From positions 7,694-71,693 of the forward strand of contig CAJFVQ010000009.1 in the NCBI GenBank assembly GCA_904420535.1: a stretch of DNA of 64,000 nt. The letters run 5' to 3'. This document shows positions 18,972-28,435 of this stretch, piece after piece; position 1 is the stretch's first letter, and every line of letters begins with the position of its first letter. Position numbers and translations under genes: made by a program. Below the pieces are notes generated by a model that was not told the origin of the DNA, did no database searches, and was given only the letters and a program-made list of their open reading frames with translations. Origin of the DNA: Candidatus Cryptoclostridium obscurum. GTDB taxonomy: Bacteria; Bacillota; Dehalobacteriia; UBA7702.

Positions 18972-20750
18972 ATGCAACATTATATTGTAGAAAAGGGCGA
19001 TACTCTTTGGCTCATTGCCAAACGCTTCGGTGTATCTCTGGAGGAATTGATTCGTGCGAATCCTCAGATCAAAGATCCTAACAAAATTTATCCCGGTAAC
19101 CGCATCAATATTCCTTTGCCCTCAGAAGGCGGTATGTCCGTTTATACGGTGCGCCCCGGCGATACGATGTGGCTGATCGCAAAGAAATTCGGTATTTCTT
19201 TGGAGCGCCTCCTGAAGGCAAATCCCCAAATCAAAGATCCGGATCGCATCGATGTGGGACAGCGGATTTTTATTCCCCAAGGGCATGGCGGCGGGGGCGG
19301 TGGCACCGTTTACACAGTTCGTTCCGGTGATACAATGTGGCTAATCGCAAGGAGATTCGGGATCTCCTTAGATGCTTTAATCAAGGCCAATCCTCAAATC
19401 AAGGATCCCAATTTAATTTTCCCCGGTCAGGTATTAACGATTCCTACGGGAGGATCTGCGCATCCGATGCCGCCAACGCATCCTGTGCCGCCAATGCCTC
19501 CGGCTCCTCCGGCCAAAAGCAGAAATGGGCGTCTTTATATTGTAAAAAGTGGCGATACTTTTTTCCATATTGCTCAGCGTTATGCTTTGAATTTGGATTC
19601 ATTGATTCTTGCCAATCCTCAAATTAAAGACCCCGATCGTATTACCCCTGGAATGCAACTTTATCTTCCCGGGATTCACGTAGTAAGACGTGGTGATACT
19701 ATTTCGTCCATTGCCAGGATGCATGGCGTCAGTGAAGGGGAATTGCTTCGTATTAATCCTCAAATCAAAGATCCGGATCGCATTGACATTGGACAAAAAA
19801 TTTATATTCCTCGGATGCCCAACGGCGATATGGCAACATACACTGTGGAACAAGGGGATACATTGCAGAGAATCGCCGAAATGTTTGGTTTGGCTGTGGA
19901 AGCTTTGACCAATGCCAATCCTGAGATTACAGATCCTGATCGTATCTTCCCCGGTCAACGCCTTCGTATTCCCGGTCCCCATCAGGTTCAGCAGGGGCAA
20001 ACCCTTTCGTCCATTGCCGAACTTTACGATATTTCCCTCAACGCTTTGCTGGCTGCCAACACCCAAATTGAAAATCCCGATGTGATTTTCCCATGGACTA
20101 TGGTGCGCATTCCTCCCACGTCGATGATGCCTCGTCACCAGGGAGCCGTTGGTGTGGATTATGTGGTACAGCCCGGTGATACCCTTTATGAAATCGCAGG
20201 TCTTTATCATGTCTCATTGGAAAACTTGATCAAAGCCAATCCCCAAATCAAAAATCCCGATATGATTTTCCCCGGTCAGATTATTCGCGTTCCCATTGGT
20301 CATGTCGATTGTACCTGCTATACAGTAAAACAGGGGGATACTCTTTATAAGATTGCTCGGATGTATGGAGTATCTGTCAATGCTATTATTCGTGCCAATC
20401 CCAGAATTACCAATCCCAATTATATAGAAGCAGGTTGGGTATTAATGATTCCTTTGCGCGGTAATGGATGTATGCGCGATGAAGAAAATGATTCGGTGGA
20501 ATTGGAAGAAGAACGCATGTCTCAAAGCGAAGTCACGGAGCATCCCCGCATCTATGTGGTGCAAAAAGGAGACAGTCTCTACTCTATCGCCCATAAATTC
20601 AATGTTACCGTAAAGCAAATTATGATGGCAAATCCTGAGATCAAAGATGAGGATGTGATTTATCCGGGGCAGCAAATTATTATTTTACCGGCAGATATGG
20701 TTTGTGAATATCGTTGCCTGGATTGTCCTTGGTTTGTAAAAAATAGATAA
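18972..20750 (+). CDS. Ten-LysM-domain protein, SafA/ExsA-like spore coat or cortex assembly protein
   Basis: Ten repeats of YxVxxGDT...ANPQIKDPxxIxPG, Pro-rich linker, no signal peptide, no catalytic domain. Confidence 0.85.
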   Translation: MQHYIVEKGDTLWLIAKRFGVSLEELIRANPQIKDPNKIYPGNRINIPLPSEGGMSVYTVRPGDTMWLIAKKFGISLERLLKANPQIKDPDRIDVGQRIFIPQGHGGGGGGTVYTVRSGDTMWLIARRFGISLDALIKANPQIKDPNLIFPGQVLTIPTGGSAHPMPPTHPVPPMPPAPPAKSRNGRLYIVKSGDTFFHIAQRYALNLDSLILANPQIKDPDRITPGMQLYLPGIHVVRRGDTISSIARMHGVSEGELLRINPQIKDPDRIDIGQKIYIPRMPNGDMATYTVEQGDTLQRIAEMFGLAVEALTNANPEITDPDRIFPGQRLRIPGPHQVQQGQTLSSIAELYDISLNALLAANTQIENPDVIFPWTMVRIPPTSMMPRHQGAVGVDYVVQPGDTLYEIAGLYHVSLENLIKANPQIKNPDMIFPGQIIRVPIGHVDCTCYTVKQGDTLYKIARMYGVSVNAIIRANPRITNPNYIEAGWVLMIPLRGNGCMRDEENDSVELEEERMSQSEVTEHPRIYVVQKGDSLYSIAHKFNVTVKQIMMANPEIKDEDVIYPGQQIIILPADMVCEYRCLDCPWFVKNR

Positions 20751-20797
20751 AGGATTTAATAATGTCTGTAGGAAGCCATTTTTGTTCATGGTTTTGC

Positions 20798-20838
20798 AAA
20801 GGTAGCGGCGGGAACATCCATTCCTGCCGCTATCTTTT
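20798..20838 (+). terminator. Intrinsic terminator
   Basis: AAAGGTAGCGGCGGGAA...TTCCTGCCGCTATCTTTT. Confidence 0.7.
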
Positions 20839-20986
20839 GTGACATTGGTTGCCTTTGGAAGTATGGTTCCGGTCATCTAACGGAAAATAGCAGAGATTTG
20901 AACAGTATGTGATCCCCCGTCGTTGATAGATTATGTTATAATAAATTAGTTTATTTATTATTATGTTTGATAGAGGCTCGATCAGA

Positions 20987-22504
20987 ATGCAAGTCGGTGT
21001 TTGGCATATTGTTGGAATTTTGTTAATACTTGTCCTCATTGCTGTAGTCGGTCTTTGGTCTGGACAGAGAGTAAACAATGCGAAAGATTTTACCACCGGC
21101 AATGGTAAAGCCGGGGCTTGGCTTGTCTGTGGTACCATTATGGGAAGCCTTGTCGGGGGGCAAGCCACAGTGGGTACTGTACAAATGGCTTTTTCTTTTG
21201 GTATTTCTGCTTGGTGGTTTACATTGGGAGCAGGTTTGGGGTGTATCGTATTGGCCATTGGTTATGTTGTGCCGCTACGTCATAGTGGCGATATGACATT
21301 ATTGCAGATCATTGGAGAAGAATATGGGAGCCGCTCTGAATCCATTGCTTCCGTATTATGTTCTGTAGGGATCTTTATCAGTGTGATCTCCAATGTGTTG
21401 GCATTTACAGCATTGCTGACTGCATTATTTCCCATTGATGTCTATCTTGCCGCTGGGATCTCCGTGATCGTAATGGCAGTATATGTCATTTTTGGCGGAG
21501 TATGGGGTACTGGAATGGGAGGCGTTACAAAGCTGATTTTGCTTTACATTGCCTCCCTGATTGGCTTCATTCTGGTATTGACGTTGAGCGGTGGCTTTCG
21601 CGGCATCATGAATTCACTTTGCGATGCAGTGTCAAACAACGCCTTGGGAGAGCTTTATGGATTTGCGAACAGGGATGATATTAGCGACTATTATCTAAAT
21701 CCTGTGGCTCGTGGTGCCATGAAAGATATCGGTTCCGGTCTTTCCTTAATCATGGGAGTTCTTTCTACCCAGACCTATGCCCAGGCGATTTGGTCGGCAA
21801 AGAGCAACAGCAAGGCCAGGAAAGGGGCGTTGCTCAGTGGATTTCTGGTTCCTCCCATTGGCATTGCCTGTATTCTCATTGGTTTTTATATGCGAGGTCA
21901 TTATATCACCAGCGATGAAATTTCGGCTCTTGCCGCAGCGGGACAAATAATTCCTCAGGGCCTCACGGAGATTTCTTCTTCCGCTCAGGCATTTCCGGTG
22001 TTTATTTTGGATCATTTGCCGCCCTTGCTGGGCGGGGCCATTTTGGGCACTCTTTTACTTACGGTTGCGGGGGGCGGCGCCGGTCTTTCTCTGGGGGTTG
22101 CTACGATCCTTGTTAACGACATCTTTTATAAAATGAAACCGGCTGCAGCGGAAGGTTCCAAAGGTTTGGTTCTGACAAGGGTCACTTTGGTAGGTATTCT
22201 CCTCGCTTCTGCTGTCGTGGCTTCTTTGGTCCCCGGCGCCATCATCAATGACTTTGGATTTCTTTCCATGGGTTTCCGTGGCGCTGCGGTACTGGTTCCA
22301 TTGACCTGTGCTTTGTTTTTCCCCGGTCGTGTGGATTCTCGTTGGGCCTTGGCTGCTATTATTTTGGGGCCTTTGCCGGTACTAATCGGGAATTTGTTCG
22401 AACTTTCCTTTGATCCTCTATTTTTGGGGGTGGGAGTGTCTTTGTTACTAGTCGCCATTGGCGAGAGATACAAACAATATTGTTCCGGTGGCAATAAAAA
22501 ATGA
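20987..22504 (+). CDS. Sodium:solute symporter family transporter
   Basis: Many hydrophobic segments; DFTTG, VGGQATVG...GISAWWF, YVIFGG, AIWSAKS, LVNDIF. Confidence 0.88.
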   Translation: MQVGVWHIVGILLILVLIAVVGLWSGQRVNNAKDFTTGNGKAGAWLVCGTIMGSLVGGQATVGTVQMAFSFGISAWWFTLGAGLGCIVLAIGYVVPLRHSGDMTLLQIIGEEYGSRSESIASVLCSVGIFISVISNVLAFTALLTALFPIDVYLAAGISVIVMAVYVIFGGVWGTGMGGVTKLILLYIASLIGFILVLTLSGGFRGIMNSLCDAVSNNALGELYGFANRDDISDYYLNPVARGAMKDIGSGLSLIMGVLSTQTYAQAIWSAKSNSKARKGALLSGFLVPPIGIACILIGFYMRGHYITSDEISALAAAGQIIPQGLTEISSSAQAFPVFILDHLPPLLGGAILGTLLLTVAGGGAGLSLGVATILVNDIFYKMKPAAAEGSKGLVLTRVTLVGILLASAVVASLVPGAIINDFGFLSMGFRGAAVLVPLTCALFFPGRVDSRWALAAIILGPLPVLIGNLFELSFDPLFLGVGVSLLLVAIGERYKQYCSGGNKK

Positions 22505-22533
22505 TGAACGCTATACCAGCGTTCATCATTTTT
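22497..22533. terminator. Bidirectional terminator
   Basis: AAAAATGATGAACGCT-ATACC-AGCGTTCATCATTTTT between convergent genes. Confidence 0.75.
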
Positions 22534-22549
22534 ATTGTTTGATTAATGT

Positions 22550-23038
22550 TTATTCCATTTTTAAATCGATGTTGTAATCGTTGCAAAGGGCTTGTAAATC
22601 TTCGGCAAATGTTTCGAACCCCGTTTCCGCCTCGTCGATTTGACTAAAAGCCGAGTCGGCGCCATTCAAATCGTCGGTTTCCAGACATTGATGCATTTGA
22701 TCCAATGCTGTTTGCATCTGTCCCCAGGCATCTACCATTTCCTGATGGACTTCTGCGATTTTTTCATCTTCTATATTTATGGCATTAATGCTGTCGTTGA
22801 TTGTTCCTAACGTTGGCAAAATATCCTCATCCAGCATAGCAATGGCCGCAGCGGTATCACTGGTATTGCCAAGCTGTTGCAGCTGATCGTAAAAAAGGTT
22901 GATATCCGTTTCCAAAGCATTGATCTCATTAATATAGTCAAGGAGACCCTCCTGGGTTTGTTTTTCTTCCGGACTCATGCAGCCGAAAAGGGAAAGAGCA
23001 ATCACCGCGGCGCATAAAAAAGTTAAGAATTTTTTCAT
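22550..23038 (-). CDS. Acidic helical lipoprotein of unknown function
   Basis: RBS GGAGG; signal peptide with lipobox LFGC. Confidence 0.75.
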   Translation of the reverse strand: MKKFLTFLCAAVIALSLFGCMSPEEKQTQEGLLDYINEINALETDINLFYDQLQQLGNTSDTAAAIAMLDEDILPTLGTINDSINAINIEDEKIAEVHQEMVDAWGQMQTALDQMHQCLETDDLNGADSAFSQIDEAETGFETFAEDLQALCNDYNIDLKME

Positions 23039-23241
23039 AAAATGAAACCTCCAATCGGTGAATTGTTATTATAGAATATCTTTATTATAACGGAGTTTTC
23101 GGATCCCGTCAATGTGAGGGCAATGATGGAGGGAATATGATTTCTAATTTGGGGCCATGGTATATTTTAAAATTTTGAAATACTCAGCAATTGAAATATA
23201 AAAAAATAAGATTAATATAGATATACAGGTGAAATGAAAAG

Positions 23242-23381
23242 TTATGATACATTGTGTACAATTTTATAAATTTTTGTCATATTGAAATTTATGGTAGGAA
23301 ATTGGTTGCCAACAGAGAATAGAATACGCAGAGTTTATAATACACCGTGTACAGTTTTGTAAATTTTTGTCATATTAAAAT
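23242..23381 (+). repeat. 47-bp imperfect direct repeat, two copies 93 bp apart
   Basis: 23242-23288 and 23335-23381 match at 41/47 by hand alignment; all six differences are transitions. Confidence 0.85.
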
Positions 23382-23449
23382 AGATGCAGGTAAATGGCAA
23401 TCTTCGGCGAAATATAAAAAGTAAATCTGGAAGGGGGAGTATCTTTTTT

Positions 23450-23815
23450 ATGAATATTTACGATAAGACCGAAGATCTTGCCGCCTCCATCAAAGCCAGT
23501 GGCGAATATGAAGATTTTCTGCGCTGCAAAAAGAAGATTTCCAGTGATCCGCGCGCTGTCGCCATGTTAAGGGAATACCGGCAATATCAAATCGCTTTAG
23601 AATTTGCAAAAATGTCCGGCGAAGGTGTGGACGAGCTCAACAGCGCCTTGGAAGATTTCTGCATTCGCATGGAAGAAGATACTTCTGTGGGAGAATATCT
23701 TACGGCAGAATACAATCTTACCAGGATGATGCAAAATATCCAGAGTATTCTTACGGATGATCTGGATCTGTATTTGGATGCCGATTGGCAGGAAGAAGAC
23801 TGTTATTTAAATTGA
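23450..23815 (+). CDS. YlbF/YmcA (Com_YlbF) family regulator
   Basis: MNIYDKTEDLAASIKASGEY...EYLTAEYNL helical pattern. Confidence 0.82.
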   Translation: MNIYDKTEDLAASIKASGEYEDFLRCKKKISSDPRAVAMLREYRQYQIALEFAKMSGEGVDELNSALEDFCIRMEEDTSVGEYLTAEYNLTRMMQNIQSILTDDLDLYLDADWQEEDCYLN

Positions 23816-23830
23816 TTAAGGAGAGCGATT

Positions 23831-24730
23831 ATGGACACAGAAAAACTTACCATTGATTCCTTGCGTACGGCAATGGCCGAAGAGCACTATATTGCGGAAG
23901 ATGATATCGTCATTCCTCTTTATTTGTCTCTTCGCTTGAAAAAACCTCTTTTGATCACCGGCGCCGCTGGCGTAGGGAAAACGGAAATTGCCAAAGTATT
24001 GGCTTCAATTTTCGATATGGATTTGATTCGTCTCCAGTGCTATGAGGGGCTGGATGAGAATAAAGCCCTTTATGAGTGGAATTATCAAAAACAACTTTTG
24101 AATATCCAAAGCAGACAGGGTGAGGATGTTAATATCTTTTCCGAGGAATATTTGTTGTCTCGCCCTCTTTTGAAAGCGCTGCGTACGGAAAAACAGTGTG
24201 TGCTTTTGATTGATGAGATTGACAAAACCGACGCGGAATTTGAAGCGTTTCTTTTTGAAGTTCTTTCGGATTTCCAAGTATCTGTGCCGGAGTTGGGTAC
24301 CGTGAAGGCCAAGCAAATCCCCATTGTTATTTTGACCAGTAACGGGGAGCGGGAACTGTCCGACGGGTTGAAACGGCGCTCTGTCTTTTTGAATATCGAT
24401 TATCCTTCCATTGAAAAGGAAGTGGCCATCGTCAAAACCAAAGTGCCTGAATTAGGCAATGAATTGACGTTGCAGTTGGCGCGGGGTGTGGCATGGCTGC
24501 GCCGGGAATTGGATTTGAAAAAAGATCCTTCCATTGCCGAAACACTGGATTGGGCCCGTTGTCTTATAGATTTTAATGCCGATCGCTTTACGGAAAAGCT
24601 TATCGACGACACAATGAACGTGTTAATTAAAGATGAAGAGGATTTTGCGGAATTTCGTGACAACGGAGGAGCCCGTCAAATGCTCCGTGCCATCATGAAG
24701 TCTGACGCTGCCGATGGCGACAATGATTGA
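23831..24730 (+). CDS. MoxR-family AAA+ ATPase (CoxD-like)
   Basis: GAAGVGKTE, RLQCYEGLD, ALYEWNY, LLIDEIDK, TSN.ERELSDGLKRR. Confidence 0.92.
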   Translation: MDTEKLTIDSLRTAMAEEHYIAEDDIVIPLYLSLRLKKPLLITGAAGVGKTEIAKVLASIFDMDLIRLQCYEGLDENKALYEWNYQKQLLNIQSRQGEDVNIFSEEYLLSRPLLKALRTEKQCVLLIDEIDKTDAEFEAFLFEVLSDFQVSVPELGTVKAKQIPIVILTSNGERELSDGLKRRSVFLNIDYPSIEKEVAIVKTKVPELGNELTLQLARGVAWLRRELDLKKDPSIAETLDWARCLIDFNADRFTEKLIDDTMNVLIKDEEDFAEFRDNGGARQMLRAIMKSDAADGDND

Positions 24731-24775
24731 GCGCCTTTTGAGCTGCAGAAATTTTAAAAAGCAAAGAGGCCTGCT

Positions 24776-26062
24776 ATGGAAAAATATTTAGAAAACAGTA
24801 TCGTGACTTTTGTCCAAATCCTTCGCAGGGCCGGAATGTTTGTCGGCACCTCAGAACTGCTGGACGCGTTGAATGCCGCAAAATATGTCAATATGGCGCA
24901 AAAAGATGAGTTCTTTTTGGCGCTCTCTTCGGTTTTGGTGAAGTCTCCGGTAGATTTGCCGCTTTTTACTGCGGTATTTCAGTCTTATTTCGTTCCCCAG
25001 GGCGACCGTGACGCCCAGGTGGATGGGTATCGGGAACAGCTGGAAGAGATTGAGGAGCTCAAAGATGAACTCGTCTTTAAAGATGAGCCTTTGGATCTGT
25101 CCGAAGAAGATTTGGATACCTATGTGGCCATGCCCGAAGCGGAGCGTGATAAGATCCGTCAATTCGTGGAGATGACCAATGTCGGCTACAATGTTACAGA
25201 ACGTCATAAAGAATGGCTGGAACGCTCAATCCGCGGTGCTTTGGATTTTTATCGTAGTAATTGGGGGCAAATGAACATTATGCCCATGGAAACTACAGGT
25301 GATGAGGAGCTTGACTCCATTCTTTACGAGGTGGCAAAAAACCAAGACGCCAAGGATCTTATGTTAAAGGATATGAAGGATATTTCCGGCGCAGAAGTGA
25401 GAGAAGCTGTCCTTTTGGTTCGCCATTTGGCTCGCCGTCTCGCGACTCGCATCGGCCGCAGATATAAGCGCAGCACGAAGAAGGAAGCCGTCGATGTGCG
25501 CCGTTCCCTTCGGAAGAGTTTGCGCTATGGCGGTGTATTGCTGGAATTGATTCATAAAAAGAAACGGATTCAGAAGCCTTCGATCATTCTTTTTGCCGAT
25601 AATTCCGGTTCCATGATTAAATACAGCCGGTTTGTCATCCAGTTGATGCTGGGACTCTCGGAGGTTTTGCCCAGGATGCGGTGTTTTGCTTTCTCCGACC
25701 ATCTGGCCAAGTTGGATCTGCGCGATTTTAATGCAGAAACAGAGGAATTCGGTAAAATCGACGGTCTCGGTGAAACGACAAATCTTCATGCTTCCCTCTT
25801 GGAGTTTTTGGAAAAGTATGATAAAATACTAAACAAACGAACCGTAGTGCTGATTCTCAGCGATACCAAAACATTGGAATACGATGCTACGGCGGAAAAG
25901 TTGAGATACATCGCGGCGAAATCCAAGGAGATCATCTGGCTGAATCCCATGGACAAAGAGGATTGGAAGCGTTATCCTATGGTAGAAGCATTTCTTCCCC
26001 ATGTTTCCATGTATGAGTCATCTTCCATTGAGAAGCTGGCTCAAGCCTTGAAACATATTTAA
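24776..26062 (+). CDS. VWA-domain CoxE-like protein
   Basis: FVQILRRAG, DVRRSLR.SLRYGG, MIDAS DNSGSM, ILSD, IWLNP. Confidence 0.88.
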   Translation: MEKYLENSIVTFVQILRRAGMFVGTSELLDALNAAKYVNMAQKDEFFLALSSVLVKSPVDLPLFTAVFQSYFVPQGDRDAQVDGYREQLEEIEELKDELVFKDEPLDLSEEDLDTYVAMPEAERDKIRQFVEMTNVGYNVTERHKEWLERSIRGALDFYRSNWGQMNIMPMETTGDEELDSILYEVAKNQDAKDLMLKDMKDISGAEVREAVLLVRHLARRLATRIGRRYKRSTKKEAVDVRRSLRKSLRYGGVLLELIHKKKRIQKPSIILFADNSGSMIKYSRFVIQLMLGLSEVLPRMRCFAFSDHLAKLDLRDFNAETEEFGKIDGLGETTNLHASLLEFLEKYDKILNKRTVVLILSDTKTLEYDATAEKLRYIAAKSKEIIWLNPMDKEDWKRYPMVEAFLPHVSMYESSSIEKLAQALKHI

Positions 26063-26089
26063 AAAAAAGAAGATAAAGGAGCGACAACC

Positions 26090-26296
26090 ATGCCAAAGTA
26101 TAGTTTTACCTGTCAAAATTGCAAAGAGGAATTTACTGTTACTTGTAAATACGAGGAAAAGTGGGATTCCGTTTGTCCTCATTGTGGGAGCAAAGAAAAA
26201 AAAGAGGTATTTAAGCCTTTGGGACATGGTTCCGCTCAAGGCGTTTTGGATCGTATGGGAATCCAAGTCCCTCCTCCGGGAAAATTCCCCCGTTGA
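26090..26296 (+). CDS. FmdB-family zinc-ribbon protein
   Basis: MPKYSFTCQNC...CPHCGS; RBS AAGGAG. Confidence 0.85.
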   Translation: MPKYSFTCQNCKEEFTVTCKYEEKWDSVCPHCGSKEKKEVFKPLGHGSAQGVLDRMGIQVPPPGKFPR

Positions 26297-26373
26297 ACCA
26301 TAGAATATTGACAGTTCATACATTATTTTATATGATTGTATAGAAATCACGACTTGTCATAGGGGGAAATTGA

Positions 26374-27138
26374 ATGTTATTTGAAAACTTACGCAATGTG
26401 AAAAAGAAATGGAAGGTTCCCGCACTTATCGTCATTATTGTTTTAATTCTGGGCCTTTTGAGTTCCTTTGCCTATCTTGGTTCATCCTTTGGCTCCGGTA
26501 CAAATACTGCTGCTACGGGTACTTCCATTGAAAGTTTGGAGTCTCAGGCAAAAGAGGCCGCCAAAGCGGCGGATGATTCTGATGACGGAGAAACAGTGAT
26601 TGCTGCATCAGAAGCATATTATGATCTTGCCGTATACCAACAGCTTTACAACGAAGGAGCTGACGCCAAAGAAAGCTATCAGTTGATGAAAAATTACGCA
26701 GAAAAGGCCTTGGATATTTATGGTTCCGTTGAAACTACCGATGCCCAATGGCAAACCGCTTATCTCCTTTTAATGCAGGCCGATGCCGCCGGTAATGATG
26801 TGGAAAGTCTTCGCGCTCACTTTGCCGATAGTTTGAATGTAACTGTTCCCAGTTCCGATTATTTGCAGACGTATGCAAATCTTCTCTATACGGCAGAAGA
26901 TTACCAAGCCATTGTGGATGACATGAATGCTGCCGTCGCTGTTCTGGAACCTTTGGCCACCAATGAAGAAGAAACGGAAGAGGAAACTGCTGCAGAGGAA
27001 GAAGAAACCACTGATGATACGGCTACTTCTACCGAAGAGACTCCTTCCGATGTGCTTGCTACTGCAAATCAGTTGATTACTACCGCCCAATCCCTTTTGG
27101 ATGATTCCGGTACATCCGGTGCGGAAGGTGAGGAATAA
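26374..27138 (+). CDS. Membrane-anchored acidic helical (TPR-like) protein, function unknown
   Basis: N-terminal hydrophobic helix, Ala/Tyr-rich helices, E/T-rich tail; RBS AGGGGG. Confidence 0.65.
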   Translation: MLFENLRNVKKKWKVPALIVIIVLILGLLSSFAYLGSSFGSGTNTAATGTSIESLESQAKEAAKAADDSDDGETVIAASEAYYDLAVYQQLYNEGADAKESYQLMKNYAEKALDIYGSVETTDAQWQTAYLLLMQADAAGNDVESLRAHFADSLNVTVPSSDYLQTYANLLYTAEDYQAIVDDMNAAVAVLEPLATNEEETEEETAAEEEETTDDTATSTEETPSDVLATANQLITTAQSLLDDSGTSGAEGEE

Positions 27139-27159
27139 AACAAAATTAAGTACTCCATA

Positions 27160-27194
27160 AAAGTCTCCCATAGTTTTTTACCATGGGAGACTTT
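27160..27194 (+). terminator. Probable terminator
   Basis: AAAGTCTCCCAT...ATGGGAGACTTT. Confidence 0.6.
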
Positions 27195-27377
27195 CGTTGT
27201 CATAATTTTACTTTTTAATCGTATTTTAAGGAAAGTAAGGTAGACGTGATCTGTATCTTATATTATAATAGAAAGCGGCAAGTCCGTGGTCTTTGCAACA
27301 ACTACGGGTTTTGAATGTCGTGACCAGTACCACTTTGGTATGATAATTTTATTGGACGAACGAAAGGAGAATGATTC

Positions 27378-27962
27378 GTGTCCGAGAGTGTATTTGCTTT
27401 TTTATCGGGACTCCCTCTTAATTGGATTGTCTTTTTTGCTTCTGCGATTCCCATTACAGAACTTCGTGCAGCCATCCCTTTTGGGATTGCTTGCGGAATG
27501 GATCCCTTGTCCGCTTGGTTTTGGGGGGTTTTGGGAAATCTTTTGCCGATTCCACTGATTTTGCTTCTTTGGCCTTTGGTGTACCGCCTGTTTGATGCAA
27601 TTCCCTTTACTCGAAAATTTCTCCATCGCTATGTGGATAAAGCCCGGACCAAGGGACAGGAAATGGAAAAGCTCGGTGTTCTTGGGTTAATTATTTTCGT
27701 AGGGATTCCTTTGCCAATGACCGGAGTATGGACCGGATCTCTCATCAGCTATTTATTGGGTTTAAATCCTTTAAAATCCTTTTTATGCCTGACAGCCGGT
27801 GCCTGTATTGCCGGTATTGCCATGACCTTAGGCACCATGGGATTTGTTGGATTGGCTGACGTGATTGGATTAACAGAGATGATCATTATTGCGGTAATCA
27901 TTATTGCGGTAATTTGTGGGATTGTCTATCGCAGAAAAAAGAAAAAAGTGAAAAAAACATAA
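27378..27962 (+). CDS. COG2426 'small multi-drug export' family membrane protein
   Basis: PITELRAAIP, GNLLPIP, FVGIPLPMTGVWTG. Confidence 0.88.
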   Translation: MSESVFAFLSGLPLNWIVFFASAIPITELRAAIPFGIACGMDPLSAWFWGVLGNLLPIPLILLLWPLVYRLFDAIPFTRKFLHRYVDKARTKGQEMEKLGVLGLIIFVGIPLPMTGVWTGSLISYLLGLNPLKSFLCLTAGACIAGIAMTLGTMGFVGLADVIGLTEMIIIAVIIIAVICGIVYRRKKKKVKKT

Positions 27963-28406
27963 GCGGTTTTTGAATACATTCCTTTGATTTGGAATTGTCA
28001 TCGGTATATTTTGTAGATATATAATGTAATAAAACATTGGTATTTCGCACGAAAGGTGATATAAAAAGGTATCATGAAAGATTGTTTATCACCATGCCCT
28101 GAACATTTTTCAGGGCTTTTTTATTTGCTTTTTGGTAGGAGATATTGAAATGTTTTTATATTATCATGTTTCAATCATTTTACAGTAAATAAGAACGATA
28201 TGACGGATGAATGATGATACAGATGATTGTCCACGATCGTTGTTTGAATAATGAAATTTTTGAAATGGTTGTATTTAAAAAAGGTCGCGATCGACATAAA
28301 TTAATACGATACGGTGCGGTTTTCGTTTCCTATAGGATTCTTTGGCTTTATCTTTTTGCGAGATAAAATTTTTTTTGTCGAAATGAAAAAAACTTTTGAA
28401 AAGGAC

Positions 28407-28435
28407 TTTACAAATCGTAATTTATACGTTATTAT
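28407..28435 (+). promoter_or_regulatory. Candidate sigma-A promoter for the dcw cluster
   Basis: TTTACA, 17 bp, TATTAT; GTGG/GTAG at 10-bp spacing just downstream (28445, 28455), reminiscent of MraZ boxes. Confidence 0.5.

Noticed and set aside
18972..20700. Recurrent AATCCTCAAATCAAAGATCC-like DNA repeats
   Set aside because: Explained by the coding LysM repeats (NPQIKDP)
27995..28148. Possible sRNA or 24-aa ORF around the hairpin at 28096-28122
   Set aside because: Promoter spacing is poor and the hairpin is adequately explained as the terminator of the upstream COG2426 gene
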